From the human T2T-CHM13v2.0 reference genome, Homo sapiens, in the NCBI RefSeq assembly GCF_009914755.1, contig NC_060936.1: a stretch of 64,000 nt of DNA. The stretch is one strand, 5' to 3'. Positions 44,641 through 56,719 of this stretch are shown one piece after another. The first letter of the stretch is position 1. Each line of letters opens with the position of its first letter. Both the position numbers and the translations under genes were made by a program. The notes under the pieces were generated by a model. It was not told the origin of the DNA. It saw only the letters and a program-made list of their open reading frames with translations, and ran no database searches.

Positions 44641-45504
44641 TGAGGATGGATTTTTAAGGTATGGGCAATAAGATTCGCTTATGGCGCAGATCCAGGAGTG
44701 TGAGAAAAAGAGGCGTCAGTGTGGACCGAAGTCAGCTCAGCTCCTGCCCCACCCTGTCTTGATGGGCAAAAGGCCATTCCACCTCTGACATTCTAGGACA
44801 TTCTTTTGAGACATTTCATAGCACGGCCTCAGCTCCTGACCCCTCACCTCTGCCATCTCAACCCCTCAGGGACTCTACTTCCCTTCTCTTCTGCCAAGCC
44901 TCCAGGTCAGCATCTGCCCGTCTTCATTTCTCAGACAGGCAGACCATCTCAGTCAGTGCATGCTATCAGCCTCCTCGTCACTGCTGTCCTCCCACTGCAC
45001 CTCAGCAGGCTCAGATGAGTGAGACGCGAGGCTCTCGAGTGCTCTAGAACTCAGCTGAATTTCTGCTTTTAGTCCCATTCAGCGGAAACAGGGCCTTGCT
45101 TAGTCTTGAGCTTTCCCAGGCTTCTTCCACCCTGCCCAGGGATTGAATCTACTTACAGCCCTCCTTGGGCCAAGAGTCCCCACCAATGTCCCTGAAATGT
45201 CTATGGTCTCATCTGCCTTTAGGTCTTGGTCTGGTTCCAATGACACTGGGCTCTTTTCTGCTCCCCAAACATACTGAGTGAGTGCCTCCCCCAGGGCCTT
45301 TGCACCTACCATTCTGGGCCTTGCCCACTTTCCTCTTCGTTTTGCCACCCCTACTCACCCAGCAGTTTCCAGCTTCAACCTCCCTGCCTCGGAAACCTCC
45401 TCTATGCCTCAGGCTGAAGCCAGGCTCCCAGTCAGCTCCCCCCATGCCTCCCTGGAAACTTTCCTGTCTTGACACTTGTCCCATTAGGAAAGAGAGACAG
45501 GAGG

Positions 45505-45732
45505 GGGCAGTGGTTAACGCACAGACTGAAGTCAGACTGCCTGTGTCCAGATCCTGGCTCTCACTGAAGAGCAGAGTGACCTTGACCAAATCATGGAATC
45601 TCTCCCAGCCTCATTCATAAAATGAGGATAATCATGAACCCCATGCACAGGGTTGTGTGGGGATTAAATGAAATAATATACATCAAGTGCCCGGAACAGT
45701 GTCCGACGCAAAGTGTGCCATGAATAATTGTT
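45505..45732 (+). mobile_element. MIR
   Basis: gcagtggttaa...cagactgcctg...gtgaccttg...gggttgtgtggggattaaatga. Confidence 0.8.
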
Positions 45733-46009
45733 GCTCTGTGGAATTCCTTGCTCACTGGCATCTTCCCTGCCTGGTGGTAACTCAGAGGAGAGAGGGGCTT
45801 GGTCTGCCCGGGGTGTGCAGGTATACCTGACGTGCTCTCCAGATCTGGACCAGCAGGGTAGACGGATGGACAGATGGAAGTTCTAACTCTGAGTCCATGC
45901 AGCAACCTCCTCCTCCTCTCCCGGTGCTGGCACTACCTCCATCCAGCCCCCTCCCCGCCCCTCCTGCCACTGGGGGCTCACCTGACCCAGCCCCCACCTC
46001 CCCAGCCTC

Positions 46010-46720
46010 CTGTACCCATTCAAGTGCAATTAAGCCAAACTTTTGATTTAAGATATTTATAAAGGCACTAAGAATGTCCTCTAATATCAGCTTATATATT
46101 TTTAATCTGCCGTTAAAGTGATTTAAAACGGAGCTCCGACAGATAGGCATGATGAAAATTAAAAGTCTCCATCACCTTGTGTCTGGCTGCAGCGCCCCAG
46201 CCGACAAGGACGCAGTGGGGCGGAGGCCCCCCACCCCGCCAAATTAGGGGGAAACGCAGCCTTGCCTGCTCTTCTCCAGGGCTGGGGCAGCCAGGGAGAC
46301 GCAGTGTCATTAAGTAGTGAGCGCAAAGGGCGGCAGTGTCTGCAGAAGGAGCCACGCGGCCGCGCTTAATGAACAGTGACATCTGCTCGGCTCTTTAATT
46401 AACGAGCCCCCACGCGCTGTGGCAGGACACAGGGACCACGTCCTCTGTGCTTGCAGGAAAGAAAAAAAAAAGCCAGGCAGGGAGACGACTGCAAATGTGC
46501 AGAATGATTTTTTTCCTGCCTCCTTTTAGAAACTGGAGAATGGAACCCAGCTGCGACTGTTCCCTCTGCAAGGCCATTTCCCAGGACTGGGTTCCTGAGG
46601 AGCCTGGTGGGTGAAGGCGCTCTCGCCCCATGCCTGGTGTTCAACCTTTTCTTCACCCTTCTCCCACCCCCGGCCTCTTCACACACGAGTCTGAAATAAA
46701 TGAAGGCAGCCGGAGTACAG
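46010..46720. promoter_or_regulatory. Candidate conserved developmental enhancer
   Basis: TE-free; tcaagtg, caattaa, tgatttaa twice, tttataaa, ttaattaa, tgtca/tgaca; retained CpGs including a NotI site at 46356-46363. Confidence 0.55.
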
Positions 46721-47877
46721 GGGTCTGAGCTTCCCCCAGGCCTGGGATGAAAAGCCATGAATCAGCCCTGTGTTAAATTTCCCCATCATAAATTCACTCA
46801 TCCACAACTGCATCCCAGCTTCCTCCATGACAACAGGCTGCCACCCACGAAGACACCAAGCGGGGGCTGTGAGAGAGATTCCAGATCTCACACCAAGGAT
46901 AAGGGCCCAGGACAAGGGCCACTAGTGGCCATCCATGGCTTAACCACTAAGACATTGCATCTTCCCGTTTCCACGCTGGAGGCAGGCTTTACAGAGAGCC
47001 AGGCTGCAGTGGGGGGATTTTGACCTGAAGACCAGAGGCCCGAGTCTCTGGCTTGTAAAATCTCAAAAAACTTGGCCCTTGTGGCTTGATGGCCCAAAGC
47101 ATAGCTCTGGAAGAGTCCCACCCCCACTCCAAACACATCAGCTACAGGTTTTTTTCTAGAACTCTCTAGAGTTTTCTATAATTCAACTAAATTTCTGCTT
47201 TGTGCCCCATTCAGTGGAAACAGAACCTTGGCAAGTCCAGAGTTTTCCCACTCTTAGCCTACTCTGCCTAGGGATTGAGTCTAGCTGTGGCCTTCCTTTA
47301 AAATGAGTCTGTGGACCTTCTTAGGTCAAGGGTCACCACAGATGGCCCCAAGATGCCCATGGTCTCATCTGCCCTTAGGCCTTGGTCCAGCTCCAGCTAC
47401 ACTGGCCTCTCTTCTGCTCCCCAACCATACTGAGTGAGTGCTCACAGTCACAGGCATTTATTTAGCACTTACTGTATGCCTGGCTCTTTGCACAGTGGTT
47501 TATATGCAGCAGCTCTCACACCAACCCTATGAAGAAAGGACTATCACCAATCCCACTTTATAGAAGCAATTCTTCTGAGGAACACCAAGAGACAGCGTAG
47601 ACAAGCTCAGAGTTATGTGCCTGAAGAGTGAGATAGTTGGGGTATTTATTCACTCAATCCCCACTTGTCATCGGTTGAGGGTGTTAAACTCTCAAGCAGT
47701 CTCTCCTGAGGAGGCTTAGTGAGCACCAACAGCATCTACTCTCCTCCCTCCCTGCACATTCCTGTCTGGAATGTTCTGGAGCTTTGGCAGGCATGTTGGC
47801 ACTACAGAGAAAGGTATAAGAACTGCTGAGGCCCTGACATGGCCTGGTTGCTAAAACAGCTTTTGCCAGGCTTCTTT

Positions 47878-48358
47878 AAATATCCAATTCTACTTGCTCA
47901 TTGCTGATATGTAGGAAAGCAATTGACTTTTGTATAGTTACCTTGTATCCTGCAACCTTGCTATAATCACTTATTCATTCTAGTGTTTTTTGTCATTGTT
48001 TTGAATCTTTGGGATTTTCTAAACAGTCATGTCATCTGTGAAGAAAGACAGTTTTATTTCTTCCTTCTCAATCTGTATACCTTTTCTTACTTGTCTTATG
48101 GCATTAGCTATGATTTCCAGTATGACCTTGAAAAGGAGTGGTGAGAGTGAATGTCCTTGCCTTGTTCCTGACCTTACGGGGAAAGAACCTAGTTTCTCAC
48201 CATTAAGTGAGATGTTAGCTATTGGATTATCGGAAATGTTCTTTATCAAGTTGAAGTTCCTCTTTACTCCTAGTTTGCTGGGAGTTTTTGTCGGGGATAG
48301 GTGTTGGAGTTTGCCAAACACTGTTTCTGCATCTATTGATGTGACTGTATGATTTTTA
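47878..48358 (-). mobile_element. L1M ORF2 reverse-transcriptase fragment (pseudo-coding)
   Basis: Translation ...NGEKLGSFPVRSGTRQGHSLSPLLF...IEKEEIKLSFFTDDM aligns with L1 ORF2p GTRQGCPLSPLLF...LFADDM; flanked by gccagg(c/t)ttcttt. Confidence 0.92.
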
Positions 48359-48544
48359 GCCAGGTTTCTTTTTAGAGGAGGAAAACAAAACTCCCATTTT
48401 GTTCAGGCCACTGATAGTTAAGCTTTCTGCAACTTGCAGGTAACAGGCATCCCTAACGGATATGAGGAGCTACAGGAAGGAAGGAAATGGATGATATGGG
48501 TCTGGGCTGCCTTTTCAATAAATGTCCTTGTGACTGAAATGTTG

Positions 48545-48998
48545 GGTACGTTAGTCTCCCCTGGCTGCCGTAACAAAGTACCACAAATGGGGCAGCTTAC
48601 ACAACAGAAATGTATTCTCTCACAGTTCTGCAGGCCAGAAGTCTGAGATCAAAGGGCCAGCAGGGTTGGTTCATTCTGTGGGAATCTGTTCCTGGCCTCT
48701 TCCCTAGCTTCTGGTGCTTCGCTGGCAATCTTTCGCATCCCTTGGCTGGCGGATACGTCACCCTGATTTCTGCTTTCATGTTCCCATGGCATTCTTCCTG
48801 TGTGTGTCTGTGTGCAAAGTTCCCCGCTTTAGAAGCACATCATATTGGATGAGGGACCCCCTTATTCCAGTATGACCTCATCTGAACTAATTCCATCTGC
48901 AGGGACCCTACTTCCCAAATAACGTTGCATTCTGAGGCACTGAGGGTGAAGTTAGGACTTCAGCACATGAATCGCGGGGGATGCAACAGGGTCTATAA
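48545..48998 (-). mobile_element. MLT1B/C-type LTR
   Basis: ggctgccgtaacaaagtaccacaaa...ctcacagttctgcaggccagaagtc...cagtatgacctcatc. Confidence 0.8.
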
Positions 48999-50079
48999 CA
49001 TCAGTTTAGGGAAAGTTTTCTTTTTATGATCGGGAGTCTTGAGGGCACTTGTGGCCATCAGGAAGGTCTGGTTGGGAAGGAAGAAAGGAAAATCCATTGT
49101 GTGTAGTTTCTGAGGGACTGACAAGAGTGAGAGCTCCAGCCCAGAATGACAGACCGGCCCTTCCTGGCCAACCACCGGGATGCACACAGGGTCCCTGTGT
49201 GAGGCTTTCTCCTTCCTGAGCAGCCTCCATCTCCGGGGGTGGGCCCGGGGCCGCAAGTGGAGGGGCCCCCACGCCACGTTTTGTGGCTGAGCTGAGGCTT
49301 CTGCCCTCGCAGCTGGGCTGACCTCCTGCAGGCCGGCCTCAGTCTAAACAAGGGCCGAGTGTGTTTTTCCAGGCGAGGATTGGGCTGGGGTTTGCCCGGG
49401 AGCCTGGTTCAGACAGGAGCCCTTTGAAGGCAGGATGAATTGAGACAATGTCTCCTTCCAGCTGAGGGCAGGCAGGGGCCAGAGCAGGAGTAGCCTTCCA
49501 GAAGGCCTCTTGTCCAGGGATAAGGAGGGTGTGGGAAGGGGAGCTTAGCCTCTGGGCCACCACCGGGCCTGAATGACATCGTCATCTAACAATCCAGCAA
49601 CTGCGGCAGCGACGAATTCTCGCAGCCTTTGCCAAAGCAAGCCTCGTGCAGGAGCAAGTGACAGGAGGTGGTCCCAGACGAGTATCTCTTTTATTTTTAA
49701 TAATTATGCATGTATTTAATGTATACTAGAAAAATATAGTTAGCCCATCCCATTAATGTCCCAGGTTGCATTGCTTCATGCAAGGTGACATCTCAAAATT
49801 TAAAAAGGAGGTTATTGGAAACTACCTGTATGTCCATCAGAGGTAAATGGATAAATGAATTGTGGTACATCCTTACAGTGGAAAACTACACAGCAATGAA
49901 AAAGCCCATCCTGATCCACATACCAGCATGGAGCCACAGCTATTATGTGGGCTGGTGACAGGTCCTTCTCTTAAAAGAGGGAGAGGCTGAGCTTGGGCCC
50001 AGCACGGGGACCCAGCACCGATGCTGTTCTAAGGCTCCACCCCTCCTGGCCTGTCTCTATATCAAGCCAGTTTTCCCCC

Positions 50080-50530
50080 AAAATGTGCCTAATCACTTCT
50101 TATCTCACTGTTGCAATTCTGGTTTGGATGACCTCACTTCTCACTTGGCTCCCCTGGCCCAGCCTATGGCCTCTTCACACACTGCCCTTCCACACTGCAC
50201 AGATTCATCTTCCTAAACTGCTGCTCTGATTGAGACTCCCCCGACCCCACTGCCGTGACTCAAGCACCTTCGATGGCCCCCTATTACCCAGAAAATAAAT
50301 ATCAAACGCCTCAGTGTGGTATTTCACAATCCCAGGACCTTCTGAGCTGGCTTCAGTCCTATATGGTATACCAGCAACAGCAGCAAATTGGCTATTTCCT
50401 GACTGTGTCCCACAAGTTCTCTCCTCTCGATCTTCTCCTTCTACCTGGGATACCTTTTCTATAACCTCAACTCTAAAAGTCTCTTTTCCTTTGAAGGTGC
50501 AGCTTTAAATGCTACTTCCTCCTTGCTAGT
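50080..50530 (+). mobile_element. L2 fragment
   Basis: cttccacactgc...tcttcctaaa...caagcaccttcgatggccccc. Confidence 0.5.
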
Positions 50531-50969
50531 GAGAATGAAACACATCTCTTCCCTCGTTTTACTGCCTGTCTCTCCAAGAATGCCCTTATCATTTTTCTTG
50601 GACCATGGTGATTCGACTCCCAATCTCAGGGGATCAAGATTTTAAAATAGTCACTCAAAAAGAGCAATGCTTAACCCAGAGGAATGAGGCTCTGATGGTG
50701 ACATTTTAGGCACCCATGCCTGGTAGAAGAAGGCACCATGTTGATCAGGGAGGCCTTCCCTGGAAAGCACCTACACCAAAGGCCACAGACTCCAGCAATT
50801 GGAGTCTGAGGGGAGACGCTGTGAGCTGATATCAGGGAGGTTGTCTTGGAAAAGGGATAATTGATCTGGGCCTTGAAGGTAGATGGCACTCAGGGAAGTG
50901 GCATGGTTCTGGGGAAAGAATTTAGAATTTGTGGACTCAGATAGGTCTGGGCTCAAATTCCTTTTCTGC

Positions 50970-51240
50970 ATTTTTTTTGAGACAGGGTCTTGCTGTGTCA
51001 CCCAGCCTGGAATGTAGTGGTGCAATCACAGCTCACTGCAGCCTCAAGCTCCCTAGGCTCAAGTGACTCTCCCACTTCAGCCTCCCAGGTTGCTGAAACT
51101 GCAGGCACAGGCTGCCACACTCACTTAATTTTTTTTCTTTAATTTTGTAGAGATGGGGTTTTGTCATGTTGCCCAGGCTGCTCTCAAACTCCTGGGCTCA
51201 GGCGAGCCTCTCGCCTCGGCCCTGCAAAGTGCTCGGATGA
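50970..51240 (-). mobile_element. AluJ, slightly 5'-truncated
   Basis: J diagnostics; stops at aaagtgctcggat. Confidence 0.88.
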
Positions 51241-51969
51241 GACTTTGGCTATCATAGAAGCCCCAACTCAAACTGCCTTCAACTAAAAGGAAAAGTTATT
51301 AGTTCTTGTAATGGTAAATTCCGAGGTAGTGCTGGCCTCAGGTATGGCTGAATCCAGGGGCCCAAGCAATGGCCTCAGAATGCACAGTTGTTTGTGTCCA
51401 TATTGGCTTCCTCCTCAGTCATGCCCTGCCTTCACCACGGAAATGGTATCCCAGCAGGCACAGCTAAACATGCTCAATCAGTCCAGATTCTCACTTCCCA
51501 ACTGTTCCTGCAACAGTCCTGGGATACCTCTTACTGGACAGAATTGGATCATTCAATGACCCCTGAACCAATCACTGAGGCCAGAGGTTTGGAAAATTTG
51601 GATTGGCGGAGCCTTAGTCACATGCCCATCTCTGGACCAATGGGGAGAACCAGTTCAACACAAACCACATGGTCTGAGGTGAGTGAAGGGCTGTCTCCAA
51701 GTAAACTAGAGGGGCTGTGACCAGAAGGGGCAACTGATGTCCAATAAAGTTACTGAACAACTGTGGGACTTTGTACAGGTACCTTAAGCATTCTGATGCC
51801 CAGACCCCTTGTTCGTAAGACGGGAAAATGACAGACTCACCCAAGGGGAGCTGTAGCTAGTTGTGTGATGATGTTCATGAAAACAGCTGGCATACTATAG
51901 GAGCCTAATAATGGCCCACAGCTTCAGAAGCTGGGCTGGAATTAGAGCAGAGAAGCAGGAAGGATGGAA

Positions 51970-52480
51970 GTGGCTGTGTTTTCCAAGATGGCTACAAATT
52001 CTTCCATCCCACAAGCTCTTTTTACAATGTGAGGTGGGCACTCCTGCTATTGGGAGCTGGGAGTTATGTCCCTCCCCTTGCCCAGGGCTGAGACTACAAT
52101 GGAAGGGAAACTGGGGAACTTCTGAGACTGTTATAGGAGGTGTTATGGCTTCCTCCTGGCCCTCTTGGGAAATTTTTTTTCTGGAGCACCATGTTGTAAG
52201 GAAGCCCAAGTCACACGTGGAGGCTCTGGCCCCCAGCTGAGGTTCCACCTGGCAGTCACATATCAACTATCAAATAGTGACTGCCAGACATGTGGGTTGA
52301 GATAACCTCAGCCCCAGTCCCCATGTGACTGCAACCACATGAGAGGCCCCACGCCAGAACCGCCTAGCTGAGCCCAGTCAACATCGGAACCATGACATAA
52401 CAATAAAATCATTGCTATTGTTTCATGCTGCTAAGTTTTGGGGTAACTCCTTACACAGCAACAGATACCTGGAAAGGGGA
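51970..52480 (+). mobile_element. MLT1G/H-type LTR
   Basis: ccaagatggctacaa...ccatgttgtaaggaagcccaag...ctgagcccagtcaac...ttacacagcaacagatac. Confidence 0.7.
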
Positions 52481-53659
52481 ACATGGAAGGATTGTATGCA
52501 GAGGCTATGATGGGAGGTTATGGTGGCCTGATTTCATCACAGGATCTGTCTCCAGATCTCACTGGTTCACAAGCCGGGTAATCCCAGTGTGTACAAAAGA
52601 GAAAAAGAAGAGGCTGTGCCTGAGCTCCCTGAGCCACACACAGCCCTGTGCCCACAGCCCTGTCCAGAAGTGGACTCATTCACACCATCAGGCCCCGGCT
52701 GTGAATTTCTCAGGACAAAGGGGTAGCCCCACAGCTGTCGGGGCAAACCTCCTTCGACGCTCTCCAACAGCTCAGGCCAGCCCATTTCTCACTGACTTGT
52801 GGATGGAACGTGTCACCTTCAGAGGAAGGGGGCAAAATAAACCTTTGAAGGTGAGCTTGCTAAATGCTTGCGTAGTGAGGCCCCTGCATCTCCTTTTGCC
52901 GAGACTGGGGGAGGCTGAATGGCACCAGGCCCTGTCTCTCAGCCCCGCTCAGCCCCATCCCTCTAGTTCAGTCCTGTGGGACCGCCCGATCCTTGTGCAG
53001 CCCAGCTACACCAGCAGGTCGCCGAATGTGGATTGTATCCGGGTGGCATCTACACAGATCAGAAGGTAGTTCAGATAATGGGATCCTTTGAAGCAGTCGA
53101 TGAAACATTCCACTCCAGACCTCAAAAGCCCAGGTGGCTGCCTGCCCCAGGCATTCAGGTGTCACTGCGCGGCTCCTGCCCCACCTCCTTGAACCACCCA
53201 TGGGAACAGCCTCTGCCTTTTCCTTGCTGAACTGCTATTTGCTCACTTTAAAAACAAATACTCACTTTCTCTGTAGGCAAATAAATGGACGTAAAGAGGA
53301 AAGCTCAGATCACCCCCTAATCGGAAAGCCGATATCACTTACCGGAAGAGTAGGTGATGGTGAAAGTGAACACAGAGAAACAAAAGGTGTCACCCAAGTC
53401 TGCTTTCTGTCCTGCTGCCTGAGGAAGGTTTTCAATGGAAACCGTTTCCGGCTGTTGTGAAGGAAGCTCTGCCAACCTTACTCAGCGAGGTGTCAAAGAC
53501 ATCTCAGCACCCGTGGAGAGTTTCTCCCTGGAGTTGGCGGAAGAATAGAAAAAAAAAAAAAAAAAAGGAGTGGTTTTCTTGCTGTTTCATATTATTTAAT
53601 GCTGTGCCTACATCCATTCCAGGTCTTCCCAACCACTTGAGGGAAACCCCAAATTATGA

Positions 53660-53860
53660 TGATAGCAAATGCTTGCACAGGGCTTGGGTACCTCCAAGAG
53701 CATTATACGCACTACCTCATTTAATCCTTATAGTAGATACTGTTATCAGTATCACATGGGGCACAGAGAAGTAGTGCATCTGAGGTCACACAGCCAGTGA
53801 GTGGTGAAGCTGGGATTTGAACCCAGTTCTCTAGCTTGAGTCTGTGCTCCTAACCATGCA
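53660..53860 (-). mobile_element. MIR
   Basis: ctcatttaatcct...aggtcacacagccagtgagtgg...gggatttgaaccc. Confidence 0.7.
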
Positions 53861-53924
53861 GCATGCTGCCATCTGAGAAGCACAGGTTTACACCCATCAG
53901 GCTCTGGATAACTGCCCAGAGTCT

Positions 53925-54330
53925 CTGTCCTAGAGTGAAAAATGCCCCCTGCCCACAGTTTATGTCACTCCCCGGTACCTACGAATGTGACCTCTGGAAA
54001 TAGGGTCCTTGCAGACGTGATCAACTGAAGATGAAGTCATACTGGATTGGAGTGGATCCTTATAAGAAGGAGGAAGTTTGGACAGAGACATGCAGGGAAA
54101 AGCCACGTGACCACAGAGGCAGAGATTAGAGTGTGGTAGCCACAGCTAAGGACTGCCAACGATGCTGGCAACCACCAGAAGCTGGAAGGGGCCGGGAAGT
54201 ATCCTCCCCAACAGCCTTCAGAGAGAGTATGGCCCTGCTGCCACCCAAACGTTGAGGGAACACGATTCCTATTGTTTTTAGCCACAAAGTTTAGGATGCT
54301 TTGTTCCAGCAGTGGCGGAAAACTAACAGT
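53925..54330 (+). mobile_element. MLT1B/C-type LTR
   Basis: gaatgtgacc...ggaaatagggtccttgcagacgtg...caccagaagctggaagggg...ggaaaactaaca. Confidence 0.75.
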
Positions 54331-54582
54331 CTTCTTGGCCTGTGTTTGGGGGCACATGTCTCCCACAGGAACAAGTGCCCCCTGGGAAGGGGTCTGGAGT
54401 TAGCTGAACTGTAGGAAGTCTGTTGTTTTTTCTTAGAAAAGCTGAATTTTCACCTTTCCCCATCTGCTCAGAGATCTGCAGAAACAGCCTTACCTTCCCA
54501 TTGGCTTCTGTTGCTGTGTCACTTTGGCCAAGTGTCTTAACCTCTCTCTGATTCTCATAGTGGATTTTGCAAGCACATAGAT

Positions 54583-55004
54583 GGTATGAGTTTGTTCTCA
54601 CACTGCTATAAAGATATGCCTGAGACTGAGTAACTTATAAAGGAAAGAGGTTCAATTGACTCACAGTTCTGCATGGCTGGGGAGGACTCAGGAAACTTAC
54701 AGTCATGGCAGAAGGCAAAGGGGAAGCATGAAAGGACTCAGGAAACTTACAGTCATGGCAGAAGGCAAAGGAGAAGCATGAAACCTTCCTCACGAGGCGG
54801 CAGAAGGAGAATGAATACAGCGGGAACTACCAAACACTTATAAAACCATCAGATCTCGTGAGAACTCACTCACTCTCACGAGAACAGCATGGGGAAACTG
54901 CCCCCGTGATTCAATTACCTCCACCTGGTCTCTCTCCTGACACGTGGGGATTATGGGGATTCAAGATGAGATTTTGGGTTGGGACGCAAAGCCTAACCAT
55001 ATCA
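54583..55004 (-). mobile_element. THE1D solo LTR with an internal 50-bp tandem duplication
   Basis: ttctcacactgctataaag...aaaaccatcagatctcgtgagaactc...gcctaaccatatca; TSD tagat/tagac. Confidence 0.88.
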
Positions 55005-55203
55005 TAGACCTAGAACACCTGCCCCTGGGAGGCAGCTGTTATATCTCCGTGGATTAAGGTTTCAGGAACTTTTATGGAATTGCCAAATGTTTTCTTTATT
55101 TAAGCTGGGCTAAGGATATGGTTTCTAAAGCTTTTTTTTTTTTCTCATCGTCATCTGAAATTCTCTTATTTATTGGTTTGTTTGTTTATAGTCTGTCTAG
55201 ACC

Positions 55204-55823
55204 CATGTTGGCTGATGGAACTTTCTGTGATGATGGAAATATGGCTATCAAGCACTTAAAATGTGGCTGGTACCACTAAGGAACTGAATTTGTAATTTTA
55301 TTTAATCTAAATGTAAACAGACACATGGATTAGTTTCCTGTAGCTGTGTAACAAATAATTAAAAAGGTAGTGGCTTAACACATTTTATTCTCTTATAGTT
55401 CTGGAGGTCACAGGTCTGCAATGGGTCACACCTAAAAGCAAGGTGTTGGCGAGGCTGCATTTATTCCTGGAGGCTCTAGGAGAGCCTCTGTTTCCTTGCC
55501 TTTTCCAGCTTCTAGAAATCTCCTGCATTCCTTGGCTTGTGGCCTCACATCACTCTGACATCTGCTTCCACAGTCACAGCTCCTCTGACTCTGACCCTCC
55601 TGCCTCCCTCTTATAAAGATCCTTGTGATGACCTTGGGCCCACCTGGATCATCCAGGAACATCTCCCATCTCAAGATTCTTAATTAAATCACATCTGTAA
55701 AGCCCCCTTTGCTGTATCAGGACACATATTCACAGGTCCCAGGGCTTAGGACCTGGACATCCTGTGGGCCATGGTTCCATCTCCCACTGCATGGGGCTAG
55801 GGGCTACTGTATCCAACAGACAG
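55204..55823 (+). mobile_element. MER3 hAT MITE split by an antisense MLT1C/D LTR (~55326-55790)
   Basis: gaactttctgtgatgatggaaat...gaactgaatttgtaattttattt...|...catggggctaggggctactgtat. Confidence 0.65.
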
Positions 55824-56719
55824 ATCCGGACTGGACTGTCATTTCCTAGGGAAACTGCTTCTGTCTTAATCGCCATTGTGCCCTGCGTCAGGCACACAGT
55901 AGGTGCTCAATTAATGTGTTCAATTAATGAAATTCGAACATTGCTTCTACAACATGTTTGCTGAACAACATGTTGGATTTAAATTCTGAGTCTGAGCTAA
56001 ACTTTGCAAAATGGAGACAGTTGTCATGCTGCCTTTAGCCTGGGCCTTGGGCACTGGTTCTGTTCCCTGTTCTGCTGTGTGATTTTAAGCAAGCCTCTGC
56101 ACCTCTCCGGGCGTCAGCTTCCCCATCTGTACAAAGAGCCGGGAGGGAGGAAGCCAGACGCTGTGAACCACCTGCAAACAGCCTCGGGGGGCAGAGAAAA
56201 CTGGGACGCAGAAGCCATGGGGCAGGCCCATGGGCGAGGCCTTGAGGGAGGCGAGCAGTCCACCCCAAAACTAAAAGCGTATTTCAGAAAAATGGTGTGG
56301 GAGACCAGGAGGGAGACTTTCTGAGCCACCTGGGGAAAAGAACTTGGGGGCCCGGACTGGGGTTAGAATCAGTGACTCCAATGCTCTGCTATCTGCCCGG
56401 ATAGTTCTCCCAAGCCATCTCCATCTCTGACCCTACGCGTCCTTCAAGACCCAGTTCAAATGGCCCTTTCTTAAGGCAACCTTCCTTGACTCCCCCAACC
56501 CACCTCTGACCCACAGGAAGAGCTCAGGGTCTTCAGGCCTCCGCAGAAGCTGTGCCGCCCCCATCGCAGTCGAGAGATGTTAAGTGGCTTGCCCCAAGTC
56601 ACACATGCCAGTGAGTGGCAGATCTGGGATGTGAACCCAGGTCATCTGGCTCCAACGTCTGTGCTCTTACTGGGCTATGTACGCACATTCACCACGCACA
56701 CAACACACACATGAAACAC

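Noticed and set aside
48019-48321. Reverse-transcriptase ORF as a functional or domesticated gene
   Set aside because: Short internal L1 fragment with an altered catalytic motif, deletions and an immediate stop codon.
53009-53024. CTCF-like motif caccagcaggtcgccg (similar weak matches near 8600 and 59710)
   Set aside because: Partial matches judged by eye; cannot be supported without PWM scoring and ChIP data.
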